From Chrysomallon squamiferum (taxonomy: Eukaryota > Animalia > Mollusca), in assembly GCA_012295275.1 (NCBI GenBank), contig CM022678.1, positions 6,882,001 to 6,946,000 of the forward strand: DNA of 64,000 nucleotides. The letters are read 5' to 3'. Shown here piece by piece: positions 34,030-50,198 of the stretch (position 1 is the stretch's first letter; every line of letters begins with the position of its first letter). Both the position numbers and the translations under genes were made by a program. The notes beneath the pieces are model-generated. The model was not told the origin of the DNA. It made no database searches and saw only the letters and a list, made by a program, of their open reading frames with translations.

Positions 34030-35434
34030 TAATAATAATGATAATAATAATAATAATAATAATGATAACAATAATAACAATAATAATAATAATAAATAAT
34101 AATAATAATAATAAAATAATAATATTAATAACAATAACAATAATAATAATAATAATAGTGATAATAATAATAATAACAATAATAATAATAATAAAAAATA
34201 ACAACAACAATAATAATAATAATAATAATAACGTTCATTATTTTCTTTGTAACTTAACGCCACTACTGACTCACACACGACCACGATTCCTTTGATGAAC
34301 CCCTGCATCGTGAACATCATCATCAAGTAGGCGAAGCTCGGCAGCAACGCCATGACGATGTTGTTGATGGAGCCGACAAGAAGCGTCATTCCAAGACGAA
34401 GTCGTATGTCGATGCTGGTGAACAACGTCGCCATTATGGAGCCGACGACGGTGCCAACGCCGTTCATGAGAATGATGTAGGAGAAATCGCTTGTGCCCCC
34501 CGAAGCCATCAGCTCCAAATCCAGGAGGGTCGGGCCCATGACTGCATCGCTTATGCCCTAGTAAAACATGTAAACTGTTCGCTTATATCGTTAATAATAA
34601 TAATAATACCCTAGTAACAGAGGTAATCTTTGGTTTATATCGTTAATGATACCCTAGTAATAGATGTAGTCTTTGGTTTATATCGTTAATGATACCCTAG
34701 TAATAGAGATAATCTTTAGTTTATATCGTTAATAATAATGATGCCCTAGTAACAGAGGTAATCTTTGGTTTATATCGTTAATAATAATGATACCCTAGTA
34801 ACAGAGGTAATCTTTGGTTTATATCGTTAATAATAATGATACCCTAGTAACAGAGGTAATCTTTGGTTTATATCGTTAATAATAGTGACACGCTAGTAAC
34901 AGAGGTAATCTTTGGTTTATATCGTTACTGATACCCTAGTAATAGAGGTAATCTTTGGTTTATATCGTTACTGATACCCTAGTAATAGAGGTAATCTTTG
35001 GTTTATATCGTTACTGATACCATAGTAACAGAGGTAATCTTTGGTTTATATCGTTAATGATACCCTAGTAATAGAGGTAATCTTTGGTTTATATCGATAA
35101 TGATACCCTAATAACAGAGGTAATCTTTGGTTTATATTTAATATCCCTAGTTAATGATAATCTTTAGTTTATATCGTTAATAATAATGATGCCCTAGTAA
35201 CAGAGGTAATCTTTGGTTTATATCGTTAATAATAATAATAATAACAGATGTAATATATCGTTAATAATAATAATAATAATAATATATCGTTAATAATAAC
35301 AACAACAATCAACAATCAATACAAATAGGGTAATCTTTGGTTTATATCGTTAATGATACCCTAGTAACAGAGGCAATCTTTGGTTTATATCGTTAATGAT
35401 AGCCTAGTAATATATGTAGTCTTTGGTTTATGCC

Positions 35435-35483
<49 letters not shown>

Positions 35484-35597
35484 GTAGTAGTAGTAGTAGT
35501 GGCAGTAGAAATAATGATAGTAATAATAATAATTGTAGTAGTAGTAGTAGTAGTAATGTTAATGTTAATAATAATAATAATAATCATAGTAATAGTG

Positions 35598-35628
<31 letters not shown>

Positions 35629-36248
35629 AAGAAGAAGAAGAAGAAGAAGAAGAAGAAGAGGAGCATTTTCTGTTGAAAGAAAAGTTAAATTTTTGTTAAA
35701 ATTATTGTTCTCGCAGGTAAATATTGCAGCTGCAGTATAAAAAAAAAACACCTTGGAGATAATTGCTATCATCAACAGGTGGTTTTTATGACGTCAAAAC
35801 ATCATGCCGTATTGACGTCATACATTTGAAGGGTTATAACGGATGGATGCTTTTCTTTATTTGTTTTTATTATTATTATTCATTGATTTATTATTTTTCT
35901 TAACCCTGCATTACATAAACATACAAAAAGAACAAGAAAAAAATCATATTCAAAATAAAATCAGCATTGTTTTTATTGTACTGCCTAATTTATGACAAAA
36001 TACATGTAATGTCGTGATAAACAGCGATGTACAACGAAGATGACATTAATTATTTATTTCACATTGGTGACGTCTCACATTTCGGTTTTGCCCTTTCCTT
36101 TTTTTTTTTCTGTTACGGATACTAAACTATTTTTCAATAATAACAATAATAAAAAAAATGTTATTAAATATTTACATACCGGCAGAAAAAATGCGTAGAA
36201 GAGCCAACATGTCTTCACCATCTTCCATACATCCAGGTCGTCAGCCAT
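31918..36248 (-). CDS. MFS transporter B, MFSD4-like, ~458 aa; 1-nt frameshift near 32919
   Basis: Exons 36248-36180 (MADDLDVWKMVKTCWLFYAFFLP), 34557-34275 (GISDAVMGPTLLDLE...) and 32941-31918. Total 1376 nt, one base short of a whole number of codons. LIERCSS and WQEK are out of frame (tcc_tg tgg). Confidence 0.85.
32960..33470. repeat. Degenerate (AAGT)n tetranucleotide tract in intron 2 of gene B
   Basis: Directly visible. Confidence 0.9.
34560..35440. repeat. Minisatellite, ~43-49 bp unit, about 16 copies, in intron 1 of gene B
   Basis: Unit GATACCCTAGTAACAGAGGTAATCTTTGGTTTATATCGTTAAT with a variable (AAT)n spacer. Confidence 0.95.
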
Positions 36249-37156
36249 TTTTCAGTATTTTAAATAGTCGAAAATCCCCGTTCTTTATGAATAATGGTTG
36301 CTGTTATTTACAGTATCCTGATAGGGTAAAGACCACGTTAAAAGTACATGATCCATAACGATATTTTAATAATATGTTCATCTCACTGAACCGTGTCGTT
36401 CATCCACGTATCAAGGGACATAACTCTGAAATAAATAATTTGACGAAGCCATACTTTTTTTTTCTTCTTCCTTCTATCATTATTATTATTATTATTCTTT
36501 AAAGATTTTCTTGTTTTGTTTTTAAATATTTAGATTAATGATGCTTGTGACGAACTTTATAAGATTTCTTTTTCATTTACAAACACACAAACACGCAAAC
36601 ATATACACACAAATCATAATAATAATACTAATAATAGTAATCATCATCATCATCATCATCATAGCTGTTGTTATTATTATTTTACCTATCTAACTTACTT
36701 ATTAGAAATGTTTATACAGGATGATAAAATACTGCGAACAGAATCGTCATTTAGCCACTGATGACGTCATAGCATGTCCACTTCTTTTGTTATTGGTTAG
36801 TTTACGCAGACTAAGCACTTTGAAACAATCTGCTAAGATGCATTCAACGAATACACTATTTTATTTATTTATTTATTTATTTATTTCGTGTTTGTTTCTT
36901 GTTGTTTTGTTGTTCTCTATTGTAATTATTTATCAGTAACATAACTTTGTCGAGAACTGATCCCTGAAGCTATTGTTCGATGTTATATCAGTGTGTGAGT
37001 GCCTTCGTTGCTACGTTTATCGTAAATTAACACAGATTATATAATTTTGCTCTAGGCATATAAGGCAGTGACAAATGTTTTAAATCGTATAAAAGTTGAA
37101 ATAATTTGTACACCAGAGTGAGAAGTAGGTACACAGAAACACAGACACACACACAC

Positions 37157-37244
<88 letters not shown>

Positions 37245-37906
37245 AGAAAAACGCTCTAGGCTACGTCACAATTCAGTATGTACAGTTTGTCCTTGAACGT
37301 TAATTACTAGAGCTTTGTAAGTGTTAAATTATATTAGTGTCTGTACACCTTCATATAATATAGATAGATAGATATTTGTTTATTTACACACACACACACA
37401 CAAACACGTTTATATTTATATATATATACGTATACAAATGCTGTAACTGCTACTATTGTAATCACCACCACCACCATTATTATTATCATCATCTTCATCT
37501 TCACCTAAAATCACCAGAAGCTTAATGCATACTTGATTGTTAGTAAAGATTTGTTGTAATAAGAAATAAAACGGTAATTTTCGAAATGTGCAAATGTTTT
37601 AATGACCGATGTACATATGTATAATCAGACGAACAAATCAGAGTGTTTTTGTAAACAAGCAGCAACACACAGTATATAATGATGATGATGATGATGATGA
37701 TACCATTACTCTACTGCTACTACTACTACTACTACTACTTCTACTAATAATAATGATAATAATACCAATACCACTATAACAGCAACTACTACCAACACTG
37801 CTACTACTACTGCAGCTACTGCTATTAGTACTACTACTATTACTACTACTATCAACTACTACAGCTAATAGAAGAAATAGAAGAAGAAGAACAACAACAA
37901 CAACAA

Positions 37907-37978
<72 letters not shown>

Positions 37979-38066
37979 CGAAAACAAAAATAAGATAAAG
38001 ATTCATTGATATTTCAGTCATTTAATATATATCCTTAGATGCATCCAAAACTAACAAAATCACATT

Positions 38067-40743
38067 TCAATTTTCACTTTCAACAACGATTTCTCTTTTC
38101 ACGACGAACGCGCTCTCTGTCTGTTTAAGTCGGCGAGCTAAAAGAAAGAGGACAACGAAAACAAGTATTTGAAACACGACCATAAACACGACCAGGTAAA
38201 AATAACTCGTCGGACCGTAGCGGTGAAACACGATTCCTCCGAGAAAGGGCAGAATCATGTTTCCTACACTGATGCTGAACACACAGAACGAGAGGACGGA
38301 CGGATGAAGGGAAATCTGCTCCGCCGTCCACGCGAATCCGGCTCCCATGAAAGGGGAAGAAAAGAAACCAAAAGCCGCTGTACAAATCCATAGAACGACC
38401 TTGAACTGTTGTCCCACGGTTATGAGGAGTATTCCGGTTACTAACAGCGCCAGACTGTTCACTACGATGATTTTCAAAGTCCCGCAACACGGGGTTATCA
38501 CTGTGTTAAAAATCCGTCCGATCAGACATGACGCAAACAGCAGTGACGTCATCATCACCATGGAGTCTTTGGGAAGATGAAGAGGTCCGTAAACTCCGAA
38601 CGCCGTCAGGAAAGTGGAGTAGAGAATCAAGTTACCAATCACTGGTAAAAAATAGAAAAATAAAAACACCAGGAAGGTGTAATACAATCTCTTTTGCACG
38701 ATCTCTGTCGACGATTCCAAAGTCTTGTACGGAGGAGACACGGGATTTTGGTGACCGCCATTTCGGTTTCTGATCCAGTAGTAAGCGAAGGCCAGTGCGC
38801 ATGGCAGAGTGATGCATCCTAGCAACACGTAAGCGAGCTGGACTCGTGAATCTTCGGCCGTGCAGACGTCGCTGGATGACGCAACGCTAGAAGAAGATCT
38901 GTTCTGTGTGCTGTTTGAACCTGTGTACGCGGGGTGACTGGAGTTTGTCACAGACCTCAGCGAACTGTTACTGCGAGAAATGAGGCCGTTCAAAGACAGG
39001 TCTTCGTGGACGTGTTTCTTGTTGCAGAGAAACGGCTGGGTTAGGAGAGGAGCTATCACGGCCCCGACCATTGATCCGCAGATGATGAACTGGAAAGGAA
39101 CTCCTTTTTTCTCCCATAGTGAGTTGCACAGTTCAATCAAGACTGGAACGAGAAATGAGAAAAAATGTTTACAAAGATTTGACTTTACATTAAGAAGTTT
39201 TAGAATCATAGTTATATTTCATCTTGAACCCTTATTCAAACTTCGGTTCCTTTGTGAAGACATATTAACATAGACGTCATACATCCTAGTCATAATTTCT
39301 ATTCAAGCTGAATCAACACTAATAATTCTGTCCTTTGTTAAAACCGGACAAACATATCATCATTATTATATAAACACGGCATAACAGTTTAATCTTTGGA
39401 AGCTAACAAAAAATTTAATAGACTGAAGTTATTTTTAAAATCTCGTTTTTATTGGTTAAATCATTAGAAATACGTACATCATTTAATATAAAGTATAATT
39501 TTATGTAGAGTTTCTTAGTTGCATAGGAAATATAATACTTTAAAGAAAGTGTATTTTATTTTAAGTTTACAGGAAAGACTATTCGAACCGATATCAGTTA
39601 ATTGTAGATTCTGCACAATTAACCATCAGCCCTGGAATCTGTATACCAAGAAATATGTCAGCCTAGATTCAGCATAATTAACTACCAGCCCTGGAATCTG
39701 TATACCAAGAAATATGTCAACCTAGATTCAGCATAATTAACTACCAGCCCTGGAATCTGTATAATAAGATATGTGTCAACCTAGATTCTGCATAATTAAC
39801 AATCACCCTGGAATCTGTATAACAAAACCTAGACTAGCGCACAGTTAACCAGAAGACGTGGAACCTGTATAATAAAATATGTCAGTTAAACTTAGATTCT
39901 GCATAATTGCCCTGGAATCTGTATAATTTATTCGACATCGTTATTACGTTTACAACGTCATTAACTCACAGACGACGATTATTCCTTTGGCGAATCCCTG
40001 CAACGTGAACATCACCAGGAGGTAGGCGTAGCTGGCAACTTGCGGCAGCACGACGTTGACGACTGAGCCGAACAGCAGCGTGACGCCGAGTCGTAGATGG
40101 ACGTCGCAGCTGCTGAACAGCGACGCCACCAACGACCCGACGACGGTGCCGATGCCTGTTCCGAGGATGATGAAGGAGAAATTTCCCGTTCCTTCCGATA
40201 CGAGCACCTCCAGGTCCAGCAGAGTGGGACCGAGCACCGCGTCGCTTATACCCTGAAATAAATAAACAAATAAACAAACAAATAAATAGATAAATAAAAA
40301 TAAACAAATAAACAAACAAATAAATAAATAAACAAACAAACAAATAAATAAATAAATAAATAAATACACCCGTAAATAAACAAATAAACAAATAAATAAA
40401 CAAATAAATAGATAAATAAACAAACAAACAAACAAACAAACAAACAAGTAAATAAACAAATAAATAGATAAATAAACAAATAAACAAACAAATAAATAAA
40501 TAATTCTTAACAGAGAAACTGATATCTCTTCTAAAATCAGTCAATCAGCCTATCAACAACAAGACAGTATATCAGTCAGTCAGTCAGCTGTCTGTCTAAT
40601 TGTCTGTCTGCCTGTCTCTCTGTCTGTCTGTCTGTCTAAAATGATAAAAACTTAAAATGACAGTTGAAACATACCGGCATGATGAAGGCCCAGAAGAGCC
40701 ATAAAGTTTTTACTATTTTCCAGCATTGTCCACTTTCATCCAT
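38067..40743 (-). CDS. MFS transporter C, MFSD4-like, 475 aa
   Basis: Exons 40743-40675 (MDESGQCWKIVKTLWLFWAFIMP), 40252-39970 (GISDAVLGPTLLDLE...) and 39142-38067. GT-AG introns, 1428 nt, intact, 12 TM segments. Confidence 0.92.
39600..39930. repeat. ~59 bp tandem repeat in intron 2 of gene C
   Basis: ccctggaatctgtata...cctagattc.gcataattaac repeated 5-6 times. Reverse-complement counterparts in gene D (about 51790-52080) and, shorter, in gene E. Confidence 0.85.
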
Positions 40744-40791
40744 AGTTCAGCTTTTCATCACGCTGAAAAACGAAAACAAAACAAATACAGG

Positions 40792-40824
<33 letters not shown>

Positions 40825-40829
40825 GTAAA

Positions 40830-40894
<65 letters not shown>

Positions 40895-41014
40895 ATAAAA
40901 GAAAGCTGGAAAGAAAAAGACGATACACAAACTAGTCAGTAATCTCTATAATAATGTTAGCGATTGGCCTGGTAAAAATAACATCGATTACATTGTAATA
41001 ATCACTTTGCTAGT

Positions 41015-41990
41015 GCACTGCTGTTATCAATATTACTATTGCTACTGCTACTACTACAACTACTGCTGTTATCAATATTACTATTGCTACTGCTACTACT
41101 ACCACTATTGCTGTTATCATTATTACGATTGCTACTGCTACTACTACCACTGTTGCTGTTATCAATATTACTATTGCTACTGCTACTACTACCACTGTTG
41201 CTGTTATCATTATTACGATTGCTACTGCTACTACTACCACTGTTGCTGTTATCATTATTACGATTGCTACTGCTACTACTACCACTGTTGCTGTTATCAT
41301 TATTACTATTGCTACTGCTACTACTACCACTGTTGCTGTTATCATTATTACTATTGCTACTGCTACTACTACCACTATTGCTGTTATCAATATTACTATT
41401 GCTACTGCTACTACTACCACTATTGCTGTTATCAGTATTACTATTGCTACTGCTACTACTACCACTATTGCTGTTATCAATATTACTATTGCTACTGCTA
41501 CTACTACCACTGTTGCTGTTATCATTATTACTATTGCTACTGCTACTACTACCACTGTTGCTGTTATCAATATTACTATTGCTACTGCTACTACTACCAC
41601 TGTTGCTGTTATCAATATTACTATTGCTACTGCTACTACTACCACTGTTGCTGTTATCATTATTACTATTGCTACTGCTATTGCTACTACCCACCATTGC
41701 TACTACTACCACTGTTGCTGTTATCACTATTGCTGTTATCAGTGCTATTGCTGCTACTACTACCACTATTGCTGTTATCATTATTACTATTGCTACTTCT
41801 ACTACTACCCACTATTGCTGTTATCAATATTACTATTGCTACTGCTACTACTACCACTATTGCTGTTATCATTATTACTATTGCTACTGCTACTACTACC
41901 ACTATTGCTGTTATCATTATTACTATTGCTACTGCTACTACTACCACTATTGCTGTTATCATTATTACTATTGCTACTGTTACTACTACT
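41015..41990. repeat. 45-bp minisatellite built from trinucleotide motifs, upstream of the gene C ATG exon
   Basis: Unit ACTGTTGCTGTTATCATTATTACTATTGCTACTGCTACTACTACC, about 20 copies; gives the 15-aa periodicity seen in the ORF track. Confidence 0.95.
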
Positions 41991-42063
41991 ATTATTGCTG
42001 CTGCTGATGTTAGTACTGCTATTACTACTACTAGTACTAGTATTATTATTACTACTACTACTT

Positions 42064-42095
<32 letters not shown>

Positions 42096-42299
42096 GCTGC
42101 TGCTACAACTACTACTGCTACACTGTTACTATCATCATTATTAATGTTAATTATTACTACTACTACTACTACCACTACTACTTTTATTTTTGTTTTGTTA
42201 ATGTTGTTGTTGTTTAGTTTATATTATATTATATTATATTATATTATATTATATTATATTATATTATATTATATTATTTGATTAATTATTATAATTATT

Positions 42300-42719
42300 T
42301 CCTATAAGCTCAAAGCCAATTACGTCATAACCATTATTTATCTCTATCTTCCCTGTTACCGGGTTTTGCTTTCACGTATATATATAATAAATTATAATCT
42401 TGACAGTGATTTACAATGGTTATATTATTCAGACAGTATTTTATTAATATACATCCTTATCTTAATCACATCTGTATTTGACAGTTTTATCTACTTTGTT
42501 GAAATGTTTCATGGATTCGCAGTTAAGCTTTGAAAAGCATTCGAAATTATTTCATGGGATTGCTGAAGCGACAAACAAAAATTAATTTATTTCTTACTAA
42601 TTCAAGATAAAATGACCTATAGCGTAGAATATTCTAATGATTTGATTATGCGTTATACAATATATTTATAATTAAAAATGTTCTATTACATTCATTTTCA
42701 GTCTGAATAAATTAATCTC

Positions 42720-42720
<1 letters not shown>
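42300..42720 (-). repeat. Non-coding block shared upstream of genes C, D and E
   Basis: Reverse complement of about 46445-46870 and 56500-56960; e.g. taagctcaaagccaattacgtcataaccatt versus aatggttatgacgtaattggctttgagctta. Confidence 0.9.
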
Positions 42721-42783
<63 letters not shown>

Positions 42784-43144
42784 TAACAATAATAATAATA
42801 ATTATAATAGTAATAAACAGTGTGAAAAAAGAAATTAGGGGAAAAAAAAAAAAACAAAAAAAAACAAATAAACAAATAAAAAGTAAATAGCAAAACACAA
42901 AAGAAAACAAAGTACACCAAAATACAAGTTTAAAGCGGTATTGAAAGAAATGGATGAAAAGGTGGATGGATGGATGGATGGATGGATGAATAAATGATTG
43001 AATATATAAATCAATTAAGTCACTGATATCAGTAAACAATATTCAAAATTCAATCAAATAATAAATCTCTCACTCATTCTGTCTCGCACACACAGACACA
43101 CATGCACACACACACAACGCACGCACAGAGAGAAACGAACCCTT

Positions 43145-43183
<39 letters not shown>

Positions 43184-43228
43184 CACACCCACACATGCAC
43201 ACACATCGAAACAGACACAAACACATTC

Positions 43229-43310
<82 letters not shown>

Positions 43311-44507
43311 CTCATTAAATTGACCGAAGATCATGTGACCTCGTTTAACAAACTTTACGACTCCTTACGAGCGATCCGTATGGTCCCGACAAACGCACGA
43401 ACTCGAAAACTCGTCAAGTTTGTTGTTATTGAACTCGAAGAGCACAAGAGATATCTCTATAAGTTACAAAAAGTAACAAAAAAATACGTATTTACCTGTT
43501 GCTGTTCTTGTTTTCCTGTACGTCCCCGGCTCTCAGTCAGTTCAGTATAAACACCTGGACTTTCCCCGTGGGAAATGCGACAACACATCGAGAAAATACG
43601 AAACTACGGAGCATGACCGTTGAAACGCGTGTCATGGTAACCGGTGTCGGACAAATTTTCTCCTGCAAAGAAAAATGTCCGTGACACTTTGATCACGTAG
43701 GCTGATGCATTATAAAAAAAAAAAAAAAAAAGAACAAAAGTAACCGGGAAATAACCTAGACAATGTATTTCATTGACAGTATAGGACACAAACGTGAGAC
43801 TGTATATATAAGAAAATGTGACCAGGTTTTAAGACTTCGGTAATATACGATGAATGAATTGAAAAAAAATAATAAAAAATAAAAATAAAAATAAAAATAA
43901 ATAAAAAAGTAATGATAATAATAATAATATAAAATAAACTCAAACAAAAGTAAAATAATAATAAATAATTGACTATAAGCTATTTAATGTTTATATTAAA
44001 TTATAATGTTTAAACGATATTTTTTTTTGTTTCTTTTTTTCTAGCATTTATGAATATTTATATACTGTGCTTCGTTTGTTTGTATGTGTAAGTGTGTATC
44101 TACGTTCGAACATTTTCTTTATATTTATTATTTTTAAATTTAACCTATCTATAGACACACACACGCACGCACTCAGATACACGCATCATTTTATCATCGC
44201 AATTGATAATTGCACGCTAACACACAGAAATATTTTCTTGTTCTAAATAACAATGAAAGAAATGTTAGTCTTTGCGACTACTACTTCGTATCAAACAATC
44301 TGTGTAACAACGACAGTGTTTGCGTATTCTGTGACTGTAATTTAAGACTTGGGCATAGAAATCTCAATATAAATAATTAAACAAACGGAAAGAAAAACCA
44401 CAAAAAAACTTTTTTAATCAAACACTCGCTCTGACAACATTTCAGATAGCCTTCAAATATAAGATTATTGCTGTTGGTTATAATGACAAAAGAATGTTAT
44501 CTTTAAG

Positions 44508-44552
<45 letters not shown>

Positions 44553-44871
44553 TGTCTGTGTGTGTGTGTGTGTGTGTGTGTAAACATATGTATATATTAT
44601 GCGTAACGCACGCAATATGGTCTTACAGAAATGGCCATCACAGTAAATAAATAGCTAGGAAAATTTATATGTTTATTTTCAACAGTTTATTACTCATGTT
44701 ATATGTAAAGTTTTGCTCCGTACATGAATTAGAATAGATATTAATTTAAAAATGTTAGTATAACTGTTGAACAAACATATAAATATATATCTACAGAAAT
44801 ATAATACACAATTCAAACGTATATATATATATGTGTGTATGTATATTTGTATGCATACATACATATCTATA

Positions 44872-44945
<74 letters not shown>

Positions 44946-45338
44946 AATCAATCAATCTATCTATCTATCTATATCTATATCTATATATATATATTTATAC
45001 ATACATACATACATACATATATATACACATACATACATACACAGAAGATACAAAATATTAACATATGTAAAAAAAAATAAAAAAATAAAAATGTATCTTA
45101 TCTGCAGTCATGATAACCAAACACCGTCACTACTGATAATTCAGCAATAAAGTAGCAGGTGTTTATTTTATTTCATTATTTTTTTATTATTATTTCTTTT
45201 TTTATTATTCTTCACGGTCTGTGCACGTTGATAAAAATGTTTCTTTTGTCTCTTTTGAAGTAAGATGAATTATTCCAGTTAATATAACATGCAATCATTT
45301 TCTTTTGTGAATCATTTTGTGAAACAGATCCACGATTG

Positions 45339-45374
<36 letters not shown>

Positions 45375-45456
45375 GTTATTATTGTTATCATTATTATTAT
45401 TATTATTATTATTGTTGTTATTATTATTGTTTTTATTATTATTGATATTATTATAA

Positions 45457-45525
<69 letters not shown>

Positions 45526-45675
45526 TAAAGGGAATTAACTAATTAAACACATAACTAAACAAAGAATCATACAGATGGATACACAGACAAACTAATGAAT
45601 AGAAATAGACACAAACAGACACTTATTCATGTATATATAAACAGATAGTCAGATAAACAGACAAATATACAGATG

Positions 45676-45777
<102 letters not shown>

Positions 45778-46239
45778 TATGCATGTTCAGTTGGGTATTA
45801 TTATGTATATGAGTAATATAATATATATGTGTGTGTGTCTGTCTGTGTATCCGTGTTTGTGCATAGCGTTGTGTGTGTTGGATTTTTTAATCATATAAAT
45901 AAATAATCTTACTCACACATCGCGTCTCTTTTTACTTAAATGCCAGCAAACAAACGTAGAAATTGTTTTTATTTAAAACGTAGCAACAAAAACGTATCCT
46001 TATATATTTTAACCGTTCTAATTTTGCATATTGCTGCTGCATAACCTGTATAAATGACACGGTGTGATAATTTATACAGATATATATTGATCTGTTCAAC
46101 AGCTGGATGCCTTCCCAGGAACAAACTGTGCTGTTCACAAAGTTTCTCCGTTAAATACAAGTACGAGCTGGATCGAAATTCATTATAACATATACAGGCT
46201 CTTTTCGACAGGCGTTATTTTACTGTTATTGTTATTGTT

Positions 46240-46322
<83 letters not shown>

Positions 46323-46378
46323 ATTTACCATCATCATCATTATAATTATCATTTATTATAATTATAATTATAATTATA

Positions 46379-46443
<65 letters not shown>

Positions 46444-46874
46444 CAGACTAATTTTTTCACACTGAAATTGATTTTAATAGACAGAACATTTTTAATTATA
46501 AATATATTTTATAACGCATGATCAAATCATTAGAATATTCTACGCTATAGGTCATTTTATCTTGAATTAGTAAGAAATAAATAAATTTGTTTGTCGCTTC
46601 AGCAATCCTATGAAATAATATCGGATACTTACCAAAGCTTAACTGTGAACGTAGTAAACGTTTCATCAAAGTAGATAAAACTGTCCATTAAAGATGTGAT
46701 TAAGATAAGGATGTATATTAATAAAATACTGTCTGAATAATATAACCATTGTAAATCACTGTCAAGGTAATAATTTATTATATATACGTGAAAGCAAAAC
46801 CCGGTAACACGGAAGATAGAGATAAATAATGGTTATGACGTAATTGGCTTTGAGCTTAAGGGAGATAATTATCA

Positions 46875-46940
<66 letters not shown>

Positions 46941-47419
46941 TAGACAACAATAACTTGAACAACTATAACAACAATAAAAATAGTAGTAGTAATAATAATA
47001 ATAATAATACAGTGTTCACATAATAGGGATGACGTCATAATTTTCATTACGTAACAAGTCACTCATACAACAAATTGTTTCGTCTATCTAAGAACTGTAT
47101 TCTACGTCAGTCGTAATATTAACTAGTAGTAGCTACTGTCCACTTGTATGACGTAACAGATGTACAAACTTACTGTTCTCGTATTCGCTTTGTTGCTTTA
47201 TTCAGCCGAGTGTTTCACACAAAAGCGGAATAACTTCTTACAGTCTGGTTTGCGTTCAATCGGTTTATATTAGTATCTCAAATTGATTTATTAAAATGTT
47301 TTGTACAAACACCTGGTATAAATCTTCTGCAAGAATAATAATAATAATAATTTCTACTGCTGGCAATATTAATAGCTATTACTTCTCTTTATTATATTAT
47401 TATTACTTTGTGGTGATTG

Positions 47420-48160
<741 letters not shown>

Positions 48161-48270
48161 CTGATACAACTACAGTCATTGCTTGCTACAACAACAACAA
48201 AAATCAAATTACTGCTACTATCTAATTTCAAATGTATCTACAATATAATAAGACTATGTAAACTTCTGTC

Positions 48271-48303
<33 letters not shown>

Positions 48304-48368
48304 TTACTACTAACAATAATAATAGAAGAAAAAGATGAAAAATAAAATAAGAAAGAAACAACACTACC

Positions 48369-48417
<49 letters not shown>

Positions 48418-48817
48418 CTTGTAATAATAAAAATAAGAATAATAAACAAATAAATAAATAATAAAATAACGAAACAAAAGCAATATTACTACAAGAAAAA
48501 GAACAATAAGAGAAAAATTATACCACGAATGTCGTGTACTAGGCATACAGCATGTAAATATACAAAATTAGAATGGTTAAAATATTCAAGAATACGTTTT
48601 GTTGCTACGTTTTAAATAAAAACAATTTCCACGTTTGTTTGCTGGCATTTAAGTAAAAAGAGACGCGATGGCGTAATGTGTGAGTAAGAATATTTATTTA
48701 TATGATTATAAAGGACACACTACACAAAAACAGACGGACAGACAAACACAAACACACGCATACACACACACATACTTACAGGAATGTACATAAATATATA
48801 CAAATGAACATACACAT

Positions 48818-48889
<72 letters not shown>

Positions 48890-49893
48890 CAGACATAGAC
48901 ATACACACACATATCCATATATATCTCGTCATCTGTATATTTTTCTGTCTGTCTGTGTGTCTTTCTATCTATATATCTGTTCATATATATATTCATACAT
49001 ATGTACATGCCTATTTGTGTGTGTCTGTCTATGTATCGATATTATTCTTTATTTATTTAGATTTTTAATTATTTAATTCTCTTTATGCATATATATATAT
49101 ATATATACTTTTATAATAATAACAGTAACAGTAATGATAATTATACTACTACTACTACTACTAAATATAATAATGATGATGATGATACTATATAATATAT
49201 ATATAATAATTATAATAATGATGATGATGATAATACTAATAATGATGATAATAATAGTAATGATGATGATGATAATAATAATACTAAAGAATCGTAGATC
49301 CCATTGCAGAAATGATTCAGAGTGGAACATCAATGCATGTTCTATTAATTGGAATAATTCAGCTTACGTCAACAGAAATAAAAGACACATTGTTATGAAC
49401 CTGTATTCAGCATGATAAAAAACAACACCTGTTACGTTGTTACTGAATTATCAGTGCTGTCAGGTCTTGTAGACTGCAGACAAGATAATTATTTAAAAAA
49501 ATATTTTTTGTTCAAATGTCTTGGATTTTCTGTGTATGTATGTAAGTATGTATGTAGTAATAGCAGTAGTAGTAGTAGTAGTAGTATTAATAGTAGTTGT
49601 TGTTGTTATAGTAGTAGTAGAGGTAGTAGTAATAAGAACAACAATAACAGAAACGACTAATAATAATATCAAAAATAATAATAATAATAATAATGTAGCA
49701 CTGGTAATAGTAATAGCAGTAAAAATAGAAGTAGTAATAATACAAATTATAATATTAGCAGCAGAAGTAATAGTGATAATAATGGTAGTAGCAGTAACAG
49801 TAGTAGTAGTAGTAGTAGTAAAAAATATAATATTAGTAGCAGTAGTAATAGCAATACTAATGGTAGTAGCAGTAACAGTTGTAGCAATGGTGG

Positions 49894-49969
<76 letters not shown>

Positions 49970-50198
49970 GCTACTACTATTACTAATAATAATAAATTTA
50001 CCAGGCACACCTTTAACTTTATTATATTGATTAGTAATTATTTTGTATATTTATCTTTTTTCTTCATCTTCTTTTGTATTTCTTTCTTTCTTTCTTTCCC
50101 TCTTTCTTTTAAAAATTTTTAAATTTTAAATTTTTATTTATTATTTAAACCTGTATTTGTTTTGTTTTCGTTTGTGCAGCGTGATGAAAAGCTGAACT

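Noticed and set aside
34560-35440. Repeat array superficially like a CRISPR array
   Set aside because: No unique spacers, no cas genes, and it lies in a eukaryotic intron.
41002-42281. Long ORFs up to 424 aa (Cys/Tyr-rich, Ser/Asn-rich, Leu-rich)
   Set aside because: Stop-free frames of the 45-bp minisatellite, open on both strands and absent from the paralogous D/E regions.
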